Shown here in pieces: positions 24,440 through 37,545 of a stretch of 64,000 bases of DNA; position 1 is the stretch's first letter; the number at the start of each line of letters is the position of its first letter. The notes beneath the pieces are model-generated. The model saw only the letters and a program-made list of their open reading frames with translations. It had not been told where the DNA came from and made no database searches. The DNA is from Lama guanicoe (taxonomy: Eukaryota): positions 5,692,439-5,756,438 of the forward strand of contig MU053561.1 in NCBI GenBank assembly GCA_013239625.1, read 5' to 3'. The position numbers were made by a program, and so were the translations under genes.

Positions 24440-25434
24440 TTTTTGTATGTTTTTGTTTTGTTTTATTGAGGTATAGTTGGTGCACAATATTATATGCTAC
24501 AGGTATACGACATAGTGATTCACAATTTTTAAAGGTTATACTCCATTTATAGTCATTATAAAATATTGGCTATATTCCCTGTGTTGTACAATATATCCTT
24601 GTAGCTTATTTATTTTATACATAACAGTTTGTACCTCTTAATTCCCTACACATATCTTGCAGGGCAGTGCAGAAGATTTGAATAGACATTTTTCCAAAGA
24701 GGACATACAGATGGCCAACAGGCACATGAAAAGATGTTCAACATTGCTAATCATCAGAAAAATGCAAATTAAAACCACAATGGGCTATCACCTGACACCT
24801 GTCAGAATGGCTACCATCAAAAAGAACACAAGTATCGAATTTTTGGCTAGGATGTAGAGAAAAGAGAACCCTCATACACTGCGGGTGGGAATGTAAACTG
24901 GTGCAGCCGCTTGGAAAACAGTATGGAGGTTTCTCAAAAAACTCAAAATAGAACTACTATATGATCCAGCAATTCTACTCCTGGGCATATATCTGGAAAA
25001 AAACAAAAATACTACTTTGAAAAGATACACGCACCTCAATGTTCATAGCAGTATTATTTACAATTGCCAAGATACGGAAACAAGCTAAGCGTCCATCAAC
25101 AGATGAGTGGATGTAATGTGTGTGTGTGTGTGTCTCTATATATATATGTATACATACATACATACATACACACACACACATACACAATGGAACGCTACTC
25201 AGCTATTAATAAAAGAATGAAATTTTGCCATTTTCAGCAACATGGATGGACCTGGAGGGTGTTCTGCTAAGTGAAATAAGTCAGACAGAGAAAGACAAAT
25301 ACTATATGATATCACTTATATGTGGAATCTAAAAAATAAAACAGCTTAGTGAATATAACAAAAAAGAAACGGACTCACAGATATAGAAAACAAACTAGTG
25401 AATGTCAGTAGGGAGAAAGAGTGGAAGAAGGGCA
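24440..25434 (-). mobile_element. L1 (L1MA9-like) with 5' inversion
   Basis: 3' end on minus strand (24440-24655); ORF2 C-terminus ([24 protein letters not shown]) and 3'UTR on plus strand (24665-25434). Confidence 0.88.
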
Positions 25435-26579
25435 CATTTATTTTTTTAAAGGAAAAAATATCTTAAGAACAAAAATTATAGAAAGTTGAAGTTCCTTTTT
25501 TGATCCTTTCTAGTTCAGACCCCTTCCAGCCCTCCTCACAAGTAACCACTGTCCTGAGGCTGATGCACACCCACCTTTGAGTGTATATTTTCTATCTGGA
25601 ATTGTCTTCTGTTCTGAGCCACCAGTGAGAACCGTGTGTAGAGGTGGAAAGGGTCTACATCATTGAAAAGTCCCCAGATCCATCTCTCAGGTAAAGTATT
25701 GACTGTTTTGTTCCTTCCACTTTCCTGTTACTTTTTTTCCCTTTCTACTTACAGACACTCATTTTTCTAGCTGAAAATAGAAAACTTTATCAGATTGGAA
25801 TAACAGTCCTTCTTGCTGTAGTTTTTTCCCCAAAGACGGGATGAATTTGAGCCTCGTCAGAAAGCCATCTGCTGTGTACGCACAGACGTATTCAGAGCCA
25901 GAAAAAGAAAATGAAGGCGGGGGAAAGCCCTGCTTACTCATTTTAAAACAAAGAGCTGTGGCTTGTGAGCTCTCTGCCTTTGACAAAGGCTGACCACAGG
26001 GCAGTGTGTGCCAACTGGGAACCCAGGGCGTGAGGAGATCTGCATTGTGATGGTGACCTTGCAGAACTTTCTTTGCTACTAATAAAGAAGATGCTTAATG
26101 AACAGGGAAGAAGGCTCCAAGTCCGGCCCTCTGAGTCTGTGCCAGTTCTCTATGGAAAATGGCCATTGGATTTGTGGTCTACTGCCCATAGCATCATTGC
26201 CATCCCTTCTACTGGTTCTATTTCACTCATTGTTATGCCTGTTGTGTCAGTTTTGCCAGTCTTGGTGCAGGACTGTCATGGAAGGATGCTGTGAGGTCTT
26301 CAGAAAACACTTCCTTCCATCCATGGGGCTATCTTTGCTGCCAAAGGGCACCCTCACGCTTGTTTTTGCTGCCAGTTCTTAAGCTAAGAGGCTGTCTCCT
26401 CCTGGTTTCCATTGAAATACTTCATTCTTTACCTTCCTTAAGTCACCACAGCAAAAAATGAATCACAACATGAAATCCCAGGTCCAAAATCAGAATTTTC
26501 ATATCCTTGAGAACATTTAGATACTATTCTTTTTTTCCAATTTAACTTTAATGTCTGTTTTTATAAATACAAAAGTAAT

Positions 26580-27355
26580 GCTGGAGAGAGTGTGGAGAAA
26601 AGGGAACCCCCCTACACTATTGGTGGGAATGTAGTTTGGTGCAGCCATTATGGAAAACAGTATGGAGAGTCCTTAAAAAACTAAAAATAGACTTACCCTA
26701 TGACCTAGCAATCACACTCCTGGGCGTATATCTGAGGAATCTCTAATTCAAAAAGATACATGCACCCCAATGTTTATAACATCACTGTATACAATAGCCA
26801 AGACATGAAAGCAACCTACATGTCCATTGACACATGACTGAATAAAGAAGTTGTAGGGTGTGCACGTGTATAGACACACACACACACACACACAAAATGG
26901 AATGCTACTCAGCCATAAAAAAGAATAAAATAATGCCATTTGCAGCAATATGTGATGGACCTGCACATACGAAGTGAAGTAAGCCAGAAAGAGAAAGAAA
27001 AATATCATATGATATCACTTCTATGTGAAATCTTAAAAAATGACACAAATGAGCTTATATTTACAAAACAGAAACAGACTTACAGACATAGAAAACAAAC
27101 TTATGGTTACTGGGGGTAAGAAGAGGGTGGTGGGATAAATTGGGAGTTCAGGAGTCACAGATACAAACTACTATATATAAAACAGATAAACAACAAGGTC
27201 CTACTGTATAACACAGGGAACTATATTCAGTATTTTGTAACAGCCTATAATGGAAAAGAATATGAAAAGAATATATATGTATGTATAACTGAATCACTGT
27301 GCTGTACAACAGAAATTAACACAACATTGTAAACGACTATATGTCAATTTAAAAA
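26580..27355 (+). mobile_element. 5'-truncated L1 with TSD
   Basis: ctggagagagtgtggagaaaagggaaccc..to L1 3' end; TSD aaaagtaat at 26571-26579 / 27352-27360; sits in an older L1ME fragment. Confidence 0.92.
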
Positions 27356-27514
27356 GTAATATAGCCTACTTATGAAACATTTAAATCATATATAAATACA
27401 TAATTAGAAAGTTAAAGATTTTTGTCAGCACACCTCATAGAAAATTATTAACAATTTGATGTAACTTCCAGAATTTTTCATTGTTCATACACTTCTTCAT
27501 TTATGTAAAACTTC

Positions 27515-27715
27515 ATGCTTTAGTGCATTCTGTACTTCCCATAGTAATTACTCTCATTTTACTGCTGGCTACTCATTTAACATGCCTCTCCTGCCAGACT
27601 GTAATCTCCTTGAGGATCTAGACCCTGTCTGTCTTATTGAGCTGTTGCAGTCCCAGTGCCTACCACCACTCCTGGCACAAAGTTGGCACTTGACTTAAAT
27701 TTGCTGAATGAATGG
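27515..27715 (+). mobile_element. L2 3' end
   Basis: ccagactgtaatctccttgagg..tcccagtgcctacc..cctggcaca..aaatttgctgaatgaatg. Confidence 0.75.
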
Positions 27716-27836
27716 TCTCACTCTGGCCATGGGAAGCAGGTAGAAAAAGCTCTAGGATGCTTTTTTGCTGCTTAGGAAACAAACTCAGAAACAATTCATG
27801 ACTTGTCCACAGTCACAGCTATTAAATGGTGGAGCT

Positions 27837-28524
27837 GGCAATTCTCAGTCTTTTGTGATTCCATATAATTTTAGGATTATTTGTTCTATTTCTGTGACAA
27901 ATGTCCTGGGTATTTGATAGGGATCACATTAAATCTGTAGATTACTTCGGGTAGTATGGCCATTTTAACAATATTGATTCTTCCAATCCAAGAGCATAGG
28001 ATATCTTTCCATTTCTTTAAATAACTTTTAATTTCCTTTATCAATGTTTTGTAGTTCTTAGCATGTAAGTTTTTCACCTCCTTGATTAGGTTTATTCCTA
28101 GGTATTTTTTAATGTGATTTTAAAAGGGATTCTTTACTTTCCTTTTCTGATATTTCATTGTGTAAAGAAATGCAGCAGATTTCTGTAGGTTAATCTGGTA
28201 ACCTGCTACCTTGCTGAATTCTTCTATCAGCTCTAGTAGTTTTCACTTTTTATGAAACAGAAAGAGACTCACAGACATAGAAAACAAACTCATGGTTACC
28301 AAAGGGGAAGTGGGGAGGGATAAATTAGGAGTTTGGGATTAGCAGATACAAACTACTATATACAGAATAAACAACCAAGGTCCTACTGTATAGCACAGGG
28401 AACTATATTTAATAACTTGTAATAACCTATAATGATAAAGAATATATACATATATAATTGAATTACTATGTTGTGCACCAGAAACTAACACAAGATTGTA
28501 AATCAACTATACTTCAAAAAAAAA
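27837..28524 (+). mobile_element. L1 with inverted, discontinuous 5' segment, inserted in a MIR
   Basis: ORF2 piece on minus ([34 protein letters not shown]), 3'UTR on plus 28250-28524; TSD aaatggtggagct/aaattgtggagat. Confidence 0.88.
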
Positions 28525-29589
28525 TTGTGGAGATTAGACTCAAACCCAGGTCTTTTAATTCCAAATCAGGAGCTCTTTCCATCCAAGTACATCTTCCCCT
28601 CAAAGACTGCTAGAGAATCATGACCATGTCACCAACTGGAGACTTAACTGGGTCCAACCTACCCCACGAAGTCCCCATTTCACATGGAGGGGAAATGCAT
28701 TTGGACATTTTTGAGTTAGAAGTTCAGAAGCGAGAGAGGAAAGATTGCCCTTCATTATTTCAGAAGATAAAACAGTGTTCAGGGAGTGACTTGTGAGGTT
28801 ACTTGCTGAGCAAATTATTCAAACATGGAACTCAGTTCTGTTTGGCTGCACTAATAGAACTGTGGGCCTCTCCCAACTCTTGGCTCACTCACATACCCCT
28901 GGGCTCATGGCTGCACACAATTAACCTCCTAGCGCTCGGGCAACCTTGGGTCTCCATGGTGTCCACCGGAGGTGAGGATCTAGGTGTGTGGCCCGCAGTG
29001 CAGTGAGGCTATACCCAGCCACTTGTCTGCTGATTGACATTTCCATCCAAATACTTAGGGCGGGCCAAGGAGTAACGGAACTGCAGTTGGTCCAGAGATT
29101 CTCAGGCATGTGCTCCTGGGAAGAGACTGACCTCCAAGGTGACTCTCTTTTTGGTATAATCCTGTTTTTTTCCTCTGCCACTCTTACATAGAACTTAGCT
29201 CCTTTATTTTCAGAAAGGCCAATTTTCTTCGGGGAAGAATTGTGCCAGTTCTTTTTCAACATTATATTGCATCTTAAAGGACATCTGTCTGCCTTCTCTT
29301 GTTTTCATTTTTCTTTAAGCCAGCTTTAGTTAGTAATTCTGATACAGAATAGCTAAAGGCAGTACTTTCTACACTCACTGCTTTAATTATAGAAAAAGAA
29401 ATCCTTCCCCTTTCTTCTTCTCTCTTCTCTCTTCCTCTTTCCTCCCTCCCTCCTGCTCTTCCTTTCTTCCTTCCTATAGACAGCATCTTTTTAAAAATAT
29501 TATTTGGTAAAGTGCTTTGTTCATAGAAGGCATTGATCCTACATGTATACATATTTTAAAATAGTATGCAAAACTGACTTAATCAGATA

Positions 29590-30110
29590 ATTAAAAAGTT
29601 CCAGACATTAAAGCAATGAGATTAGATGGACTTAATCATGGACAGATCAAGACTATAAAACTCAGATATAGTTCTAAGTATGTATTGGGATTAAGTACAT
29701 TATAAAAGTGCCATTTTTCAAATCAATAGAAGATGGATTATTCAATAAAGGGTGGTGAGAAACACTGGCTGGCCATTTGGAAAAAAATATGCCTGGATCC
29801 AAACCTCATTTTTTTATATCAAAATAAAATCCCAAAATATCATCAAAAGTTCATATAAGAAAGGAAACCATAAAATAGTAGAAAAATGAATCAAATTTTT
29901 CATAATTTGGGGATGAAGAGACTTACATAAGTTTAACATTAAAAAATAGAAAGTATTGGTAGATTTTGCAATATGAGATTTAAATCTTCTCACCAAAAAG
30001 AAATGTGTATTTAAAAGGTTGAGTCCTAGAGGACAACTTATATGTCCCACATAAGGTTAATGCCCTCAATATACAAAATGCTTTTATAAAGCAATAAAAG
30101 GATTGGGGAC
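29590..30110 (+). mobile_element. old L1M ORF2 fragment
   Basis: gatggattattcaataaagggtggtgagaaacactggctggccatttggaaaaaa..ggatccaaacctca..caaaataaaatcccaaa. Confidence 0.65.
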
Positions 30111-30804
30111 AATTTTTACCTCTTTATAGTTTTCTGTATTTTTTTTATGGTAAGTAGTTTTAACAGATTAAGTTCAATATCAGTTTGAAAAAAACATATT
30201 AAAAATACAGATGGACATCTTTTAAAAACGTAACTCTAAAACCCAAAATAATTTTTCCAAAATTGTCCAATGGTTCTGTTTTATAATATTAATCATTACC
30301 CTTGACCTTTAATAAACTCATGTAGTAAAATAAGACCAACTGAAAAAAATAAGATACTTGAGAAATAGTGGGGAAAAAAATCATAAGACAAAAGAATTTT
30401 AATATGAAATGGCAGGACCCACATAGAGGCCATTTGCTCTTTAAAATCTGATTTGAATCTAAATCTTTGGATTAAAATTTGGCCTTTTTTTTTTTTTAAG
30501 GATGAGAGTCCATTGAACAAAAGCTCTTTCATCACTTAAATAGTTATTTTTAGTACCAAGGTCTTTTCTTCTTAATACAGAGTGGGTTTTTTTTCCTCTC
30601 TCCTTTTTTCCCTGACATCTAAGTTGTACCATTAAGTAAAATGTATGATTTAAATTTCAATTTTACTGAAGCTGTAGGTAGAATTAAAGGGATCATACAG
30701 ATGAGCAATTTCATTGAATGTCACTTCACATAAATTTACGTAAGGCTGCAAAAATCTATACAGCCTTTAAAACTTCTTCTGAAGGAGAAAAGGGAGAAAA
30801 ATGT

Positions 30805-30970
30805 GTGTTTCTTGAGCACCTACCATTTGTCAAGACCTCTGTTGGACTGCTTTATGTATGTCACCTTATTTAATCCTTAGAGCCAAGAGATGAAGTCAGT
30901 ATTACCATCCTCAATTTACGGATGAGAGAGCAGACTCTGAGAAATTAAATACTTTGCCGGACATCACGCC
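30805..30970 (-). mobile_element. MIR SINE
   Basis: ttgagcacctaccatttgtcaag..ttatttaatcct..attaccatcctcaatttacggatgagagagc. Confidence 0.7.
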
Positions 30971-32480
30971 CACCTGCTTCAGGCACCCGTGCATGACCTT
31001 TCCCCTGCACCCATGAACTTTCCCCAGCGTATCCATCTTCTATGATGTTTCCTAGGTGGTCCTGGAAGTCCTTCGCTGGTGTCTGCAATGGTCTGCCAGC
31101 TAGAGATGCTTCCCCTTAGCTGGTCCGAGGCATCCACACCCCCTCCTCATGCTCACTCTCACTGGGGGAGTGTCCAGTTACCACTGCGTATGCTCAGAGC
31201 CCACGGTGGGCAACTTCTGCCCAGGCATCCTCTGCCCGGGCACCCACGGCTGCTGGAGTCCCGGCTTCCCTCGCTGTGGAATCTGACCACTAGCAGCTGT
31301 TTGGTATTCTGGTTCCTTCTGTTTTCCTTGCCAGTACTTATGCCTAGTGCCCAGGGGCAGAGTCTGGCAGAGAGGCCCAGGCACCGGCCAGCTCTGCCTG
31401 TTTCTAGCTGTGTGCTCTAAGCCTGTTTCCAGACCGGCAAAGGACAATCTTTCACACTCGGAATGCATGTAAAGTGCTTGGCTGGTGCCTGGCGCTGCCC
31501 AAGGGCTTCACAATATGAGCAGCTGCTGTTCCTCTCACCTGCCTTGTTGGTTGCAGCCCCTCGTCCTAGTCTCTCAGGCCTGTGTCGTGGCAAATCTCCA
31601 AATCACCCCTTCTTGCTGACCAGGCTTTTGGGTTTGAACCAAACTTGTGCGCTTGACCCCTGCACTGGGATATATTTTTCCGCAGGCAGCTGCGTAAGCC
31701 GTGGCAGGTCCACCCTCTCACCAGGTCTGCAGTCATTCCAGGCTCACCTGGATTCTAGGATGGCCCCAATTTCTGCACAAGCCTAATCTGGGCGCAGACT
31801 CCGGTCTCCTCAAGAGCCTAAAATAACACAGGGCTAATATGCTCATAGACTCAATGTTGAATTGAACCTTTCCTTCTGACAGTTCTGTTAGAAACTTGTT
31901 CCAACAGAGTGACAGTGGCTGGCTAGTGAAGGAGCATCTCCCAGGGGTGCCGTCAGCTGCCAATGGTGGGCTCCTTCTAGCCCTGCATGTGGGAGCTCCC
32001 AGCATGTGTCCTCCTGGGGCAGAGGGAGCTGCTGCAAGGGACCCTCTTCCCAGATCTTCCTTGCCTCCCTCACCTCCATCTGCTTCTCTGAACTTCCCAA
32101 GAAGATCACTGCTATGGGAAAGATACTAAGGGCTCATTTTCCTGTTCCTAGGACGGGCAATTTACTGCAAACTTGGTCTACAATCGTTACTGGCTAGGAT
32201 TCTAAAAGAAAGGACCCAGTTACAAGGGCTCTGTGTTTCCCATCACGCCCCAGCCTCACTTGAGTATTTTGTTTCCTTAACACACCTGCATACCTTTGTC
32301 GCCAAGCGTTGGTTCATGCTCTTTCCAACGCACGGAATGCCTCTCCCCCATCTCTGTTCTTGGAAACTCGTAACACCTCCTCCACAAGTTTCTAGACACC
32401 TACCACCATTGTGATCTGCTCACCCTTCTATATCAGCAATGGAACATTCATCCATGTGTGCATGAGACTGCATATGTTTT

Positions 32481-32584
32481 ATTATTATTGAAGTATAGTC
32501 AGTTATAATGTGTCAGTCTCTGGTGTACAGCACAATGTCTCAGTCATACACATGCATACATATATTTGTTTTCATATTCTTTTT
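32481..32584 (-). mobile_element. 104-bp L1 3' tail with perfect 18-bp TSD
   Basis: attgaagtatagtcagttataatgtgtcagtctctggtgtacagc..; TSD tgagactgcatatgtttt at 32463-32480 and 32585-32602. Confidence 0.9.
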
Positions 32585-33479
32585 TGAGACTGCATATGTT
32601 TTGATCAAATCAATCTTCTTATATTCTATTTCACTTTACATATTTTAAAACATTATTCCAAGAAGAGGACCATACCTCCTCTGATTTCCAAAGGCACAAA
32701 AAGTGATGAATCCTTGTTCTAGATTGTGTTTAATGATTCAGGAGGGTGGAGACCACACCACAGTCCTCTTCTTGCCCTCCACGTGTGACACTGCTCAGCA
32801 CACCGCCCAGCTCTCAGTGCCTGTTTGTTGATTTGAACTGACTCCCCACAACCAGTTGTGGCATTGGGACCCCAAGCAGCACGTGCTGCTCCGGAAGGCG
32901 GCATGTCTGCCATCAAGGCCCAGGGTCACTCTAATTTTACAAGTGCTGCTTGGCTGCTCTGCTGACCAAACCCCAGAGCGGCCTTAGGGCACCCATGCTG
33001 CTGACCCAGCTGTGACAGCATCAGACAGGGATCCAGCTGTGAGCATGTTGATGGCTTCTCAAGGTCACACAGACAAGGCTCCATCTTAGGGCTCAGGATC
33101 TCAAGTACTAACTACAGTTTCAGAAGAGTTTCCTTTGGGCTAATTTGTCTTCTTTAGCATCCAAGGAGGAAAATCAGACTCATTGTTCTGCTCTAAATCA
33201 AAATGAAATTCAATCTGGAGAAGCAGCAGAAAGCTGGTGGTGCCTGCTCAGCTACGCAAGCCTGCTTTTCACTAAAGCTGGTTGATAGTTTCATGAGCAC
33301 ACAAAAATGACAGAGCTTTCATGTCCCTAGAAATTCCCCATGACACATTTTACCCCTCCTTGGGGATTTTCAGTAGTGAATGGTGTATAGTCAGGGATGT
33401 TCTCGGAAAACAGCAAGGGTCTGACGAATGCAGTGCAAGAAGTCAGAGCCAAAGGGAAGGCAGAGGAGACAGCTGTCCT

Positions 33480-33640
33480 GAAGCATCTACAGCATCCCAG
33501 ACCCTGTTTGAGGAATATTACAAATCTTTTCTTATTTATTCTTATAGCAGCCTCTGGGTTACTGATGATGATCCTCACTTTTCAAGTGAGGAAGCCATGG
33601 CACAGAGTGGGTGATAAAACTGGTGCAGTGCCACACAGCT
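33480..33640 (-). mobile_element. MIR SINE
   Basis: cttatttattcttatagcagcctctggg..atcctcacttttcaagtgaggaagccatggcacagag. Confidence 0.6.
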
Positions 33641-34361
33641 AGAGAGGAGCAGGTCTGGGTTTTTCTCAGCTTTATCCCACTACAAAGCCTGTGTACTTCC
33701 CCAATCGGGCATGTGGCCTGGGGTGAGGGCAGCTTCGAGCCTGACCTGGATCTCTGCAGTGACAGATGTTTGGTCCTTTCCTCTGGGTCTGAGTGTCCGT
33801 GGCCCCCGGTGCTGCCTGCCCTAGCCACAGTCCTTGCTGAACTCATGAAACAGCCACGACTTTGCTGACAGGAAACAGCACAACAGGCAAAGTACCTGCC
33901 AAGAAGCCCCAGAGCAGGCACCAGTGCTCAGCCAGCCTCCCCCAGAGTCATGAAGGACAGAATGCTGGCTTTTCTGAAATTCCCCAATCCCTGGCTGCCT
34001 TCATCCCTCGGTGCTGCTGTCCCTTCCAGCCAGCATCTTTCCCACTATCCTCACAGTGGCTTCTTCTTCTTTTCTTCTGTAAAACTGCCCCAGCAGAGGG
34101 CTTCATAGAGGAATAACCCCTGACGCTGACAAGGCCTAGTGTGTGCCCCTCCCAGAGATATTTATATTTTCCAAGAGCCAAAAAGTCTACCAAGTAAGGA
34201 ATGAATTTTTAACTGTGAAGTCTATGGAGGCGATGGGTTAGGTAATCTGAGAGAAAGTACGAGAACAGGGGGAGGCAAGGAATGTCTTCCCTATGGAGAC
34301 CCTGAAATTACATTTGGTGGGCAGTTGCCAACAGTGAAATTTGTCTTTTAAAAGTCTCCGC

Positions 34362-35090
34362 TCAGAAAAGGGAGTCCTCTTGCACTGTAGGTGGGCATGT
34401 AAATTGGTGCAGCCACTGTGGAAAACAGTATGGAGGTTCCTCAAAAAAACTAACAATAGAACTACCATATGACCCAGTAATTCCACTCCTAGGTATATAT
34501 TCAAAAAGACCAAAAACTCTAATTCAAAAAGATACATGCACCCCAATGTTCATAGCAGCATTATTTACAATAGCCAAGATATGAAAGCAACCTAAGTGTC
34601 CATCAATAGATGAACGGATAAAGAAGATGTGGTATATACAGACAGTGGAATACTACTCAGCTATCAAAAAGAATGAAATTTTGCCATTTGCAGCAACATG
34701 GGTGGACTCGGAGAGTATTTTGCTAAGTGAAATAAGTCAGATCGAGAAAGACAAATATTATATGATATCACTTATATGTGGAATCTTAAAAATACAACAG
34801 ACTAGTGAATAAAACAAAAAATAAACAGACAGAGATATAGAGAGCAAACTAGTTTACCAGTGGAGAGGGAGGAAGGGCATTATAGGGGTAGGGGATCAAG
34901 AGGTACAAACTATGAGGTATCAAATAAGCTACAAAGATATATGGTACAACATGGGGGAATACACCCAATATTTTATAATAACTATGCATGGAGTATAGCC
35001 TTTAAAAATTGTGAATCACTGTAGTGTATACCTACAACTTATATAATATTGTACAGCAACTATACTGCAATAAAAAGTAATTAATTATCT
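34362..35090 (+). mobile_element. 5'-truncated L1 (L1MA9-like 3' UTR)
   Basis: aaattggtgcagccactgtggaaaacagtatggagg..gaggtacaaact..ggagtatagcctttaaaaattgtgaatcact..aataaa; aagtctcc repeated on both flanks. Confidence 0.92.
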
Positions 35091-35565
35091 TTAAGTCTCC
35101 ATCCAGGTGAGAATCCTGAGCTTGGTTCTGTAATCACTGTTCAGTCTTCCCTGAAACTGTTTCCTGCAGCCTTTTAAACTCCCTGCAAGGCTTGCTGGGA
35201 GCCATTGTTTTCGATCTTTGCCTCTTTGCAGCAGTGTCTCCTCTTTAGCTGCCAATTTGGCTGGTGTGTGGTCCACAACTGTATCGTGATACCAGGACAG
35301 AAGCGGAGGCCTGACGAGCTGGTGCAGGCTGTGACTGCTGTGCCCCAGGCAGGCGCAGCCTCCAGCCGGGGTGGGGCCTCCAGGCCAAGACAGACGCCAA
35401 ACTCAGCCCATGCGCTCCAGGGGCTTTCAGTCTGGAGGAGCATGTGGTGACTTCAAAATTTGTCCACATAGTTTTAGTACCTGGGAGCGGAGTGTTGCCA
35501 TAACCAAAACCTAAAATGTGGGAATGGCTTTGGCCCTGCAACTGTTGAGTGAACAAGAAGGTGGG

Positions 35566-35587
35566 TGGATGGATGGATGGATGGATG
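35566..35587. repeat. (GGAT)n tetranucleotide repeat
   Basis: gggatggatggatggatggatg. Confidence 0.85.
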
Positions 35588-35610
35588 AAAATAGATAAAA
35601 AAAGAACATG

Positions 35611-35708
35611 GTGGAGGGTATAGCTCAGTGGTAGAGCACATGCTGAGCATGCATGAGGTCCTGGGTTCAATCCCCAGCACCTCCATTGGAAAAAAAAATA
35701 ATAATAAT
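35611..35708 (+). mobile_element. Vic-1-type tRNA-Ala-derived SINE (short-tail form)
   Basis: ggagggtatagctcagtggtagagcacatgctgagcatgcatgaggtcctgggttcaatccccagcacctcca + A tail; A and B boxes intact; flanks aagaacatgg/aataatatgg. Confidence 0.9.
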
Positions 35709-36659
35709 ATGGTATGTTCTGGGAACTGAACTTGCTTTGGGATTACTAGAGCAGGGGATCCATTTTGATGGGAGTTGCAGGGATTTTATTCATTCAAAAA
35801 CTTTCATATTTTGTTCCTGATACTGTGCTGCTACCTAGGACTGCAGTGATGGGCCCAACACACAGTCTGTGAAGCCAGGAGATGAGCTGACCAGAAGCCC
35901 AATATATAAGCTCTCTGTTTTCACAAGCTCCTCTTTCTCCCTCCTTAACCCTCTGGGTTCTGCAGGGGCTCCACCTTGGCTCCTTCCCTCCCTCCCCTGG
36001 CTCCCCACATCCTCCCCTGGCTCGTATCTTTATTTCCAGCCCAGATCTCCCTCAGCCCAAGCTCCCTATGTGGCAGGATGAACTGCGTCCCACAGAGAGA
36101 AGCCTTGAAGACCACTGCTGGGTGGACTGCCAGGCTTCTGTTATACTCAGCAGGAGATGCAACCTGAGAGCCAAAATGAACACCTCCATTAACGGGAGAA
36201 TTCAGAGGTCTCGTGGGGAAACAGAAAGAGGAGGTAGGAATGAAGAAATATTTATGTTTCCACTATCCGGTGGGCAGTGTCGTTATTATACCCTAACGCC
36301 CTTGGAATATTTGGCATATTATCTATTAATCTATATATCATGTCAATTTTCCATGAATACAATATCTACTAGATTAATGAATGCATTAATGCATTAACAT
36401 AACTATTTATCATCAACGAACATTTATTGAGCACTCCGATGTGACAGGCAGGTAATTAAAGCACTGCAGAATGGGCTCTGTTTGGGGGGTGAGGGTGGCA
36501 GAGGGGGCAATAAAGTACCGGGTACAGCATCTCGAGGGGTATGGAGCAGTGGGGGTCCCCCCATCTGAGTTCTACACCTGCTCCACAAATATTTATGTGC
36601 CAGGTGCTCTTGTAGGTCCTAGGGCTGCAGAGTCAGACAAAGCTGGGCTTCTCGTGACA

Positions 36660-37015
36660 CGTCTGTCCACTGCCCATCTTTTGGTGTCCCACCTCAGTGC
36701 AACCCGTCCAACATGAAACTCACATTCTCACATCCACAACCTCGCTTCTTTTGTATTTTTCCTCTCAGTTAGTAGCACCTGTGTCCCATGACTTGGCAAA
36801 AAGCACTCTTATGCCTGTAGTTACTTAAAACAGAAGAATGGTGTCATTCCTCACTTTTCTTCGTGATTAACTCCTTATGAACTAAGCCCACCCTGCGCTG
36901 CCGTAACACCACCGATCAGACACGCAGTAATTGTTGCTTTACACGTTTGTGTTCTCCGTGATGATCTCTATATCATAGCACTGGCACGTAGGAGCAGCTC
37001 TGCAAATATTTACCT
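36660..37015 (+). mobile_element. L2 fragments
   Basis: tgtcccacctcagtgcaacccgtccaacatgaaactcac..cctctcagttagtagcac..agcactggcacgtagg..aaatatttac. Confidence 0.5.
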
Positions 37016-37545
37016 GACAGAGGTGGGAAGCAATGGTAATAAAGTCAGCATAGATAAAATTGATGCCCCAGACCTCGGGAAACACACCACTATCACCCTC
37101 TCCTCTCCTCTCCCTCCTGCCTTTCCTAAGGCACTGGCTCTGGTCAGGAAATGACAGCTTTTGCTGTCTAATTCAGCTGCCATTTGGCAGCATCAAATTA
37201 TAGCACTGTGCTGCACCAAAATCGTCACATCCAGGCCTCTCAAAATCTAATCTGAATTCCTGCCTAGGCCTGGGCTCACCCTCACCCGGGCGCCTGGTCT
37301 GCAGTTTCCATTCAGCCCGCTCTGCTCAATTCACGCTAATTGAGCAGCCTCCTCCACGATCACATAGCCCTACCTCCGCCAGGTGTACAGGACACTCTCA
37401 TACTAGCCCCTTCTCCTCTCAACCCAGCCCTGGGGGACTAGCCTACTCAGATATGTCTCATTCGTTCATTCATTCATTTTACACCTGGGCTTGCCTGGAA
37501 AGGGTTTCTGCAGCTAACAAAGAGGCAAGAACATGGCCAGCATCA

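Noticed and set aside
34088..34103. CTCF-like CCAGCAGAGGGC
   Set aside because: 3' end departs from consensus; similar partial matches at 41524-41540 and 51040-51055 lie in LTRs; not supportable without a PWM or ChIP data
35612..35686. tRNA-Ala(AGC) gene
   Set aside because: Cloverleaf-like, but has the SINE GGAGGG leader, G at the invariant U33 position, an A tail and TSD-like flanks, and three diverged sister copies in the window
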